DNA of 64,000 nucleotides. Origin: Balanoglossus misakiensis. Lineage: Eukaryota; Animalia; Hemichordata. Positions 55,195 through 64,000 of this stretch are shown in pieces; the stretch's first letter is position 1; each line of letters begins with the position of its first letter. The notes under the pieces were generated by a model that was not told the DNA's origin, did no database searches, and was given only the letters and a program-made list of their open reading frames with translations. A program made the translations under genes and the position numbers. The stretch lies in NCBI GenBank assembly GCA_040954595.2, contig CM082591.2, positions 8,410,380 through 8,474,379 on the forward strand, in the 5' to 3' direction.

Positions 55195-56341
55195 AATGAT
55201 ATACCAAAGGCGGGGGTCACCTGTTGCACCTGCCTAAGCCATTGATTGTGTACATGTAATTTTACACTAACCAACAGGTCGATATGTGGGGTTTCAGTTC
55301 CACAGGGACGAATGTAAGTGTCAGTTGGTTTTTGCCCAAATGTATAAGGTGATTTGATGACCTCTGTCGTACAGTGCCACATCTCAGCGCGTTGTACAGG
55401 TGCAGCTTTGGTATTTGGAGGGATGAAAATATCATGAAATGCCAAATACAAGGGGATACCTGTGACACCTGCTTGATTCATGTATTACATGCATACCTAA
55501 TGGTAGGCAAAGTGGAAGGGCTGCAAATGCAGGATTTGTTGCACATGACATAAAAAGGAATATAAATTTTTTGTCACATTTTTGGGTGACCTCAGGTGTC
55601 CAGTGACCTGGTTTCCATATGTTAGCATGCACATCATATATAGCCAGGTGTTTGGAGGGGGAGGGTAGGACCCTCTGCGTCATGACATGCTGAATTCCTG
55701 GGGCCACCTGTAACTTAATTGCGTAAATCATTATTATGGCCATATCTAAGTTGACAAACCCAAAGGGCGGGGATTTTCCGTTGTCTTGAATATGAACCAA
55801 ATAAGAATCCTAATTTTTGGCCCAATTTTGGGTACCCTCAGCTGACCTTTGATGTACTTACTGAAGTACTTACAACGTACAAGTTCACCTTTGGTTGTTG
55901 TGTTTGTACTTGTAGGACATGCATTTCGGGTGGTTGCCTACTTCCCCATATCTCAACATCGAGAGCAAATACAGCCTACGCATTTGAATGGTACAACCCT
56001 GAATGGAGTCTAATGGTTATTCACTCTATGCTCGGGCCCCTCCAACGCTGCTTGCAGCTTTAATTTAACCTCAGATCTGTCGTACACACGCCACCAGACT
56101 CACCGGGTAACAAGGTTTTAAATAGTGTTAACAATACCCGTGATCTGTTTGTGAATATGTAGAAAATCTCCAACCGAAAGCGTTGAAACGTCTGCAATTT
56201 TAGATTATAGGCCACTTTGAAAAATGATGTCTTTAGCGCTAAATAATGAATCTGAAGAATCAGGAATGATTGTACACAAAATCCACCATTTCTTATTAAA
56301 TTGATAAATTGTTTATATAATTCTTTAAACCCCCTAACTGG

Positions 56342-57062
56342 TAATAATAATAATAATAACATTTATTGCCGTGTGCATACAGAGCATTGGAAATTGCCTT
56401 TCCACATGCGCTCGTAAAAAAGAAGAACAGGACATACAAGTTAAAATTATACATACTAAAAATGTTAATAAAACCATGATAAAAGAATGAAAGGAACAAC
56501 AACATAAAAAAATGATGTAACATATGATAGAAAATAGAACATCATACTAAAAAGGTACAATTTTGGGCAAAACTTGAAACAATGGCACTCAAAAATTAAG
56601 CTTGGTTTAAAATACGTACTGCCGATGGATAAAAACTATTGTTAAAACAGCCGTTCTCGTTTTCATACTGCGATAACGCCTTCCAGAGGGTAGCAGCGTA
56701 AAAAGATTGTAAGCAGGATGGCTCGAGTCATTAATTATAGCCTTAGCTTTGCGAAACGATCTTGAATAATAGATTGATTGTAGAGATGGCAATTTTACCC
56801 CAATGATTGTTTGTGCTACCCGTATAACCCGTTCAAGAGCATTCAATTCGTCCTTAGTGATGTTATTAAACCAGATAAGGATGCCATATGTTAAAATACT
56901 TTCTATTACAGTACGATAGAAATTTACCAGAATAGAACTATTCATACCAAATTTCTTTAAACGTCTGAGAAAGTAGAGACGCTGCTGTGCTTTCTTTACC
57001 AGATGATCTATATTATGGTAAAGAAAGCACAGCAGCGTCTCTACTTTCTCAGACGTTTAAAG
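56342..57062 (-). mobile_element. 5'-truncated Rex1/Babar-like LINE
   Basis: KKAQQRLYFLRRLKKFG...FYRTVIESILTYGILIWF...INDSSHPAYNLFTLLPSGRRYRS; (TAT)n tail at ~56342-56359. Confidence 0.85.
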
Positions 57063-57116
57063 TTGCTACATTACAATAGGTTGTTTGTGCTGTGTTGCTC
57101 ATGGTGCTGTAACTTA

Positions 57117-58700
57117 TTTTTAGGTCCCATTGGTATGTACCATGGGACCTTATGGGATCGGTTGCGTTTGTATGTATGTATGTATGGATGGATATATGTC
57201 TGTATGTCGTCCACATCAAAAACTTGAAAACCACTGCGCGTATGACCTCGATATTTGGTGTGTAGATGCAGGCAGGGCTGTAGATGCCATTGCCAAAAAT
57301 ATGCAAATTAGCTGGGAAAATGTAAAATTGGTCAAAACTTAAAAACTCGACAACCACTGGTCATATTGATTTGAAAATTGGTATGCATGCATCTTATGTC
57401 AACCTCATACAGACGATACAGTCCTGTATGTTTTTAGCTAATATTATCGATTTCCTATTTTTCATGCATTTTTTTGTATTTTTCCATGTTATTGGTAAAA
57501 AGTCTTCATTTCTGAAAGTGATGGGCTTACTTCTTTGAAATTTACCATAGTTGCCCGGGTAAGAGCCCCTGTTCGGGCAAACGCCCCCCTATTGTTTTAG
57601 GGCCCATTTACAGTTCGAGCCTATATCCGGTCTAACGCCCCCCCCCCCTCTCTCGGCCGAATATCCATTAAATTCTTGGAATTTTAATAAAGTGCAATGC
57701 AAAAAGGCGGATTTTCATCCCTAAAGTCACTTTCGCGCTGATTATCGTACCCACGGCGGCCGACTGGCCACGCTGAGTCATAGATAGCCGCTCTAGAAAA
57801 CATGGTATCAGACAGGTCCCGCGGGACCGTGCCTCGAATGGACGCGCTGCCGCTTATGAGGTCACCGGGGAGCTTTCCAAAGCGGCCGCGTGGACCGGCT
57901 TCAGTCCGTCCTCGACGCGAAACACCCGAAATTAGAAGATCCCGACTTGGACTCGGAGAATGAACCACTCAAAAATTCCGGTAGAGAAAGGCATGATATC
58001 CATGTTCAGAAAACTACACATAAAGATAGATGAATTTATGTGCGTGCGTCGACGTTTAAGTAAACAGTAACGTGAAAGGTGGACATGTGTGGGCGGGGCC
58101 TCATTTGCATAAAAGTCGAGGGGGTCTCCGGGCAAACGCTCCCCCCTGTTTTTTTCGTTAATTTAGGGGCGCAGCACCCGGGCTCTTACCCGGGCAACTA
58201 CGGTAGTATGAAGCTTCCTAATGGTTGTCTGAGTAACCATAGTTTTGTTCAAACTGTTGCAAATTTGCATATTTATAATTTTGAGCAATATTTGCCATTT
58301 TTGGTCAATTTTTTTTTAATACCACATGCCAGATTGCTTTGCAATTTGGTAGGCATGTCTGTAGGGGTAACCTAAGTAATATGTTGTAAAAAATGTGATA
58401 TTTGCATAAATGTGTCATCATTGAAACTTTTGCAATGTTTGTCAAAAATCGTTTTCTCTGAAACCGCTTGTCATATTGCATTGAACTTTGGCAGCATGTT
58501 CCTTGTAGTGATTGAAGTCAGATATTGTACAATTTTGGTGATATTTGCATATTTGTGTTTTTGCCACTTTTGAACAAATATTTTCTGTGAAACTGCTTGT
58601 TGGATTGCTTTAAAATTTGTTTTTTCTCTTTGATTGCTTTGAAATTTAGGATATAATTTCATAACACATACAGTTGTTTTGTAAGTTTCTTTGTTTATGG
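57117..58700 (+). mobile_element. HINE/DINE-1-like element fragment (right boundary uncertain)
   Basis: ttttaggtcccattgg...ccatgggacct hairpin followed by (tgta)n microsatellite and the ttgaaatttggtatgca-type repeats also seen at ~50350-50750. Confidence 0.55.
57545..58203. mobile_element. TA-flanked MITE
   Basis: ta|ccatagttgcccgggtaagagccc...gggctcttacccgggcaactacgg|ta. Confidence 0.85.
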
Positions 58701-58856
58701 TTAGCAAATCCTCTCCTAAACCAATTGTCCAGTTGTTTTTAAAGTTACTATTCACAAAGAGTTGTCACCCCGAACTAAGACATGTTTACATACCTTTAAT
58801 AGGCCAGCTGTTACAGAGACCACCAGCTATTAAATTTTTAATTACCAGTGGCAGGT

Positions 58857-59003
<147 letters not shown>

Positions 59004-59299
59004 TGTTCCAGGGCTGACTGAAAGAAGTTGCTTCTCATATGTGTTTGAAAAGACAATTTTTGGTCATTTTTTTTCTAACACCACATAACACATGACAGTT
59101 TATTGGGCATGTTCCTTGTTAATTTTTTTACATTCCATATACAGTAGAATGTCGATTATCCGAACACCTAGGGGGACATGTTTTTGTTCGGATATGCAAA
59201 CAGTTCAGTGTATCTATATTGTAAGATCATATCTGTGTACAATGTTACCTGTAATTTTGATTCTGGTGTGTCACTGTTTTCGCATAATCCTCAAATGGG

Positions 59300-59850
59300 A
59301 CCATAGTGTCCTTGACGCTATTTTTACTGTATTCCGGTTGAATATCTTGTGGAGGGTGTGGCTTGATGGAAATTCTTCGTTAATTATTTTGAGGAACTCT
59401 CTCCCGATATGTGTGGCGACGTTTTTACTGCACGGTGGGGTGTACCATATTATGTTCCTGCTGCGGGTTCTCTTGTGGGCTTGTGGTTGTACTGTTGGCG
59501 GCGAGAATTGTAGATATTGTTAGTATCCACTTTTGTAGATGGCTTGGTGGTATAGCAGTGCGGCCGTGTTGAAGCATTCGTCGTCGTACGAAATTTCTGA
59601 AAGGCGCTTGTTGATGGATTCTGGTATGTTTTTGAGGATTCCTGGTGGGTGGTTTGATTTGCTGTGGACGTATTGCGGTATGTTCTTGGGTTTCGTGTAG
59701 GACTGGTATTTTCCTTTGGTAAGGTTCATGGTGGTGTCGAGAAAGTTCACAATTTTCTTGTTGGCTTCGATTGTGATTTTCAGTACATGTTGATTAAAGA
59801 TGGCGCAGAGGTCTTTCTTCTTGCGTTCCACTTGTCATGTTGACGCCTTG
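59300..59850 (-). mobile_element. Penelope-like retroelement reverse transcriptase/thumb fragment
   Basis: [21 protein letters not shown]...[28 protein letters not shown]...KSGY*, then RNIIWYTPPCSKNVATHIGREFL...HKIFNRNTVK. Confidence 0.85.
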
Positions 59851-59911
59851 ATGATTCACCCTGCCCAGTATAAATTCCCTGTTGCCCACATTTTCCGTCA
59901 TTCAAGCATCA

Positions 59912-59959
59912 GTATCTGACGAGTGTAGGCCCCGCTCACACGAAACTGATCAGTAATAC
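59912..59959 (+). ncRNA. Minimal type I hammerhead ribozyme (Penelope-associated)
   Basis: GUAU-CUGACGA-GUGU(aggccccgcuc)ACAC-GAAA-CUGAUCAG-UA-AUAC: both catalytic boxes, stem I, stem II, palindromic stem III, GUA cleavage triplet. Confidence 0.85.
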
Positions 59960-60070
59960 ATCGCCTATGTCAAAACAGCCCTAGTTCCCTTGTACACTCT
60001 ACACTAAATTAGCGCTGGATTTACACCATCGGGCACTCTGCCAGCAGTACTTGCAATGAACTCCCAAATC

Positions 60071-60143
<73 letters not shown>

Positions 60144-60147
<4 letters not shown>

Positions 60148-61979
60148 CCCGCCAATAAGTATTTACGCACCTTGAAATTGTACGTTTGACATGAAAAATT
60201 ACTCACAAAATCGATCGACTGTAACTTATTTCCGAAAATAAATAACCTACGGAAGGTTTAACCCATTTTAGTCAACACAGATGTGTTGCCGCGCCGAATA
60301 TGACTGCATACGCGGCGAGTTTTCCGGCCAGTGAAAATTCCTATGGTTATTGCAATGGCGGTATACTCATTAACATCTCATTTGCATCTCATTAACTTTT
60401 CGCGCCATTGTTTCCGTGGCTAATTTCCCTCTATTCATATTTAAATATCCACCAATCAGAGCTTTTAAATATAATTCCGATTAAATTTTGGGGCGGGAAA
60501 ATCTGTCAGACTTGCTTATGAATATTCTGATCGAGGTCGTCGCAGGTTGCTGCATAATTTTTGTTTGTAAACATTGGATCAATGAAATCATGCCCAAAGT
60601 TCGCGAACTTCCTGAATTTGTGAAAGGTCAAATTGAGGCATTGCATAGGCAAGGTTTGAGAAACCGAGAAATCGCAAGGCGGCTTGGAATCACCGAAGGC
60701 AGCGTCAGGTACAATATTCGGAAACTTGCTCAAAATGGTCGCACGGACAATTTACCTCGATGTGGACGGCCAAGGCGAACAACGGAACGGGAAGACCGAA
60801 TGTTGATACGATCAAGTCTGACGGACAGATTCAAGACGGCCCGTGACCTCCGCGCTAAATTTCATGAAGATACCGGGAAACTTTTGAGTATGAGCACAAT
60901 CAAATCTCGATTGTATAGAGGAGCCAGACTCCGTGGATGTGTGGCCAAGAAAAAGCCGAAATTACAACCCCGGCATATCGCAGCGCGACTACGTTTCGCC
61001 CGTCGTTACGTGAACTGGACACCTGTTCAGTGGTCCCGGGTGGTTTGGTCGGACGAGTCAAAGTTCACCGTGTTTAGGAGCCGAGGGAGAGTTTTCGTTA
61101 GACGGCGACCCGGCGAGGAGTACGAAATTGACTGTATAAGTCCCACAGTAAAGTTTGGTGGTGGCAGTGTTATGGTTTGGGGGTGTTTCTCGGCTGCAGG
61201 TGTGGGTTCGCTCGTTCGAGTCGAGAACACCATGAATCGCTGGAAGTACTTAGACGTACTACAAAACGAAATGCTACCATCGGCTTTGAGACTCGTCGGG
61301 CCCGATTTTGTGTTCCAGCAGGATAATGCCCCCGTACATACTGCCTTGGATGTGAAATCTTTTTTACAAAATCCCCAAGATTACGGCTATCCGTTCGACA
61401 ATTTTACTACGTTGGAGTGGCCAGCCCAGTCTCCAGATTTGAGCCCCATCGAAAACCTGTGGGAGTTAATCGACTTGGACGTTCATTCCCGTCCAATTCA
61501 CAGCATCGACGACCTTTTTAACCGCATAGTAACATCTTGGGAACAATTCCAGCAAAATATGTGTCGGAAACTCGTCGATACTATGCCGAAGCGCCTGCGA
61601 GAGGTCATCAGGAGAAGGGGTGGACATACCCATTATTGACAGTTGTTACGTTCGATTTCACCTCATGAATATTCATGACGTTCTTTGCATTGTTGTTACG
61701 TTCGATTTCACCTCATGAATATTCATGACGTTCTTTGCATTGTTGTTCCCATAGAGAATGGAACGTTTCGCCGACTCCGTCGCACATCTCTTTTTTACGT
61801 CGATATTTCTCGCTCAAATTTATTCGCACATGAAAGATTTTTGCTGTACAACTGTTATTTCTCGTGAATTTATTAAATATTTTTGAATTTTCGCTAAAAA
61901 CTGCCTGCAAGGTGTGTTATTTCATGTTTCTGAAACGTTTTGACTGCAGAACGTGGGTGCGTAAATACTTATATATCTG
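60144..61979 (+). mobile_element. Tc1-like DNA transposon next to a (TA)n tract; right TIR damaged
   Basis: Left end ta|cagacccgccaataagtatttacgcacc; right end ggtgcgtaaatacttatatatctg|ta. Confidence 0.9.
60590..61639 (+). CDS. Tc1-family transposase, 349 aa, intact ORF, DD42E triad
   Basis: MPKVREL... paired-like HTH, GRPR, VVWSDESKF, SVMVWGCF, FQQDNAPVH, WPAQSPDLSPIENLW, GGHTHY. Confidence 0.95.
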   Translation: MPKVRELPEFVKGQIEALHRQGLRNREIARRLGITEGSVRYNIRKLAQNGRTDNLPRCGRPRRTTEREDRMLIRSSLTDRFKTARDLRAKFHEDTGKLLSMSTIKSRLYRGARLRGCVAKKKPKLQPRHIAARLRFARRYVNWTPVQWSRVVWSDESKFTVFRSRGRVFVRRRPGEEYEIDCISPTVKFGGGSVMVWGCFSAAGVGSLVRVENTMNRWKYLDVLQNEMLPSALRLVGPDFVFQQDNAPVHTALDVKSFLQNPQDYGYPFDNFTTLEWPAQSPDLSPIENLWELIDLDVHSRPIHSIDDLFNRIVTSWEQFQQNMCRKLVDTMPKRLREVIRRRGGHTHY

Positions 61980-63639
61980 TAATGGAAATGGAGAAAGTAC
62001 CCTATATTTTCTGTAAAATAGACATTTAATTGGCAGGCCATCCTGCATCAATTATTATGTCTGTACATGCACTGAAGCGCCCTCACAGGGTGCGTTGCAT
62101 GGTCTTCAAGCATGTTAAAAATCAGAGTACTTTCTGCAATTTCAAGACAGATATATATATATGAAAATATCAATATTTTAAATGTCGAATTAGTCTGCTA
62201 CCTTATGTTATTATTGATTCCAATTCAAACTTTCCTTCCCTTGTACAGCTGTGATGAGTACTGTTCAAGAGCGAAAAAGAAAATACAGGCATAATGGAAA
62301 TGATCAGAAATTTATGGTCAGGTGATTCAAAATTGGTAAGTTTGCATTTAATAATTATTACATCTCACGCTGTATTCCGTACTGTTGATTGGATGAGACC
62401 TACCACGTGATATAGAAAACACGTGATATTACATGACAGAGTCTATAGCCCGTAGATAGGGGATGCGGCGCGCAGTGAGGGCATAGGCATATGGCCCGCA
62501 AGGGACAGTTTTAAGTTTCTGTGTATCTTTTCTGGACATAAAAAATTGTCGTCTGGATGCGTTCACAATCTCGCGCATGTATGGCTTCAGAGAACGACGC
62601 AGATGGATAGTAAACACATCTGAGTTGCAACAAACAGTGCAATATAAGTTCTCCAAATTATCTGAGTTCGAAGTAGCCCTACAACTACAGTTCTCCGGAG
62701 ATCGAGACCTTCACTGCACTGATATTGCCCTCGCTAACACGTGTTATTCCTCAAATCCAAATTACGCCTGAAAGGCCTGGCTAAGTTCAATATCTCTGTG
62801 CATGTTTATTTTTCTGTGGTACCCCGACCCCCCCCCTGGCCCCGACCTGTCTTTTCGTTTGCAAATCCACAATACAAGCTATCGAATTTGGCGTCGACGG
62901 TGGCGAGTCGAGCCCACAAACGCGTTGTCAATCAAACGTTTGTGTAAACCGCTAATCGGCGCTAATCGGGCGCATGTTTACGTAATCTCCAACCATGTTG
63001 ATTCTGTATTAGCAGTAAACACTGCTCATTGCCCTGCCATCTCCTTATCTGAATTATGTTAACTGGAATGCGTCTTCACGAGCTCGTAGATGAGTAATTG
63101 ACTACTCACTTTTCGAGGTCGTTATTTATGAACAATATGTTCATAATAATTCTGTATAAACAATTGTATATGCTCCCATTTTATATACATAAAAGTCAAG
63201 TCGACGTTATTACATGACTTTTATTTATTTGTATATAAAGTTTATATCTCATTTATTCGTATATAATTTAATCTGTTAATGATTGTTTAAAAAGAAATCG
63301 TTGATACTAATTAGTTATATACTATTCCTGATGTAGATATAAATTTGTTAAATCAAGACTTTTGAGAATATAATCATGTAAAATAATAAATGTACAAACG
63401 GCGCCCCATATTCAAACATTAGTAAAAGATGCAATGTGTGCTTATGGGTATGTAGGCCACATAAGGCCACACTGAACAAACGAAAACTAACTATTGCCGT
63501 GCAGACACTCGAGGAAATTCCTGCTGACTAGCTGTTTTTATTAAGAATGCGCATTGAGTTAAATATAGTGCGCTATTGGGGCCCGTTCTAGTCAAAATTG
63601 TGGTTTATTAATAAAACGTGTTAGAATTATTTTTTTACA

Positions 63640-63905
63640 GCCTTGAATTAATTTTACCAACATATAGAATTAATTTAATATTTCATCGAATTAATTTTTA
63701 TGTGCTTTAATTAATTTTTTGTAGTCATGCAGAATTAATTTTATGTGTTCTAAATAATTATTTTAACTTAATTTTGCCAACATCTCGAATTAATTTTACG
63801 TGTATAGACGAAATAATTTTAATTGTAGTGTCGAGTTAATTACAGGTGTAGTGTCAATTAATTTCATATGTTGTGTCGAATTAATTTTATGTTGTCAAAT
63901 AATAT
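63640..63905. repeat. Degenerate AT-rich minisatellite (aattaatttta core, ~20-25 bp period)
   Basis: Repeated gaattaatttta.. units. Confidence 0.6.
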
Positions 63906-64000
63906 TTCCCCCACAATCCTTTACGCGTAAATCAAGATGACGGCGGCTGAGCATGTCTTTCTCGCCGCAAAAGGTTTGCAAAGGGGCCGTTGTACAAGTT

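Larger units (their letters stand above)
52336..56066 (+). mobile_element. Helentron-associated non-autonomous element (HINE/DINE-1-like), outer
   Basis: T-run, 5' hairpin ggggaccgagcgcc-ctca-ggcgctcggtcccc, 3' copy gctcgggcccc followed by stem-loop gctgcttgcagc and tttaattt; no target duplication. Confidence 0.75.

Noticed and set aside
60488-60589. 34-residue N-terminal extension of the transposase in the ORF track
   Set aside because: Starts at TTG; the Tc1-like MPK start is the ATG at 60590.

Overview
AT-rich, intron-containing eukaryotic DNA that reads like a marine invertebrate deuterostome (hemichordate- or echinoderm-like; inferred only from histone 3' signals and repeat style). From left to right: (1) 1-9.3 kb, a minus-strand multi-exon VWC-repeat (kielin/chordin-like) gene with a premature stop, a frameshift and a truncated exon, its introns full of MITEs; (2) 9.7-13.3 kb, a decayed TAG-ended DNA transposon with an ISL2EU/Harbinger-type transposase, a second spliced ORF and a ~168-bp satellite; (3) 17-20.8 kb, an orphan replication-dependent histone block (H2B lacking its stem-loop, frameshifted H2A, intact H4, deleted H2B) fused to transposon fragments; (4) 21.5-30 kb, a tandem pair of death-effector-domain genes (a DED-only ORF and a 4-exon DED-linker-NHL gene with one in-frame TAG), each preceded by two AP-1/NF-kB/E-box modules that end in a splice donor; (5) 32-43 kb, non-coding degenerate duplications that preserve an NF-kB + octamer pair; (6) 43-64 kb, transposon-dense DNA: nested Helentron-type non-autonomous elements, L2-like and Rex1-like LINE fragments, a Penelope fragment with a minimal hammerhead ribozyme, and an intact-ORF Tc1-like transposase with an unusual DD42E catalytic spacing. 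All calls are by eye; no database searches were run.
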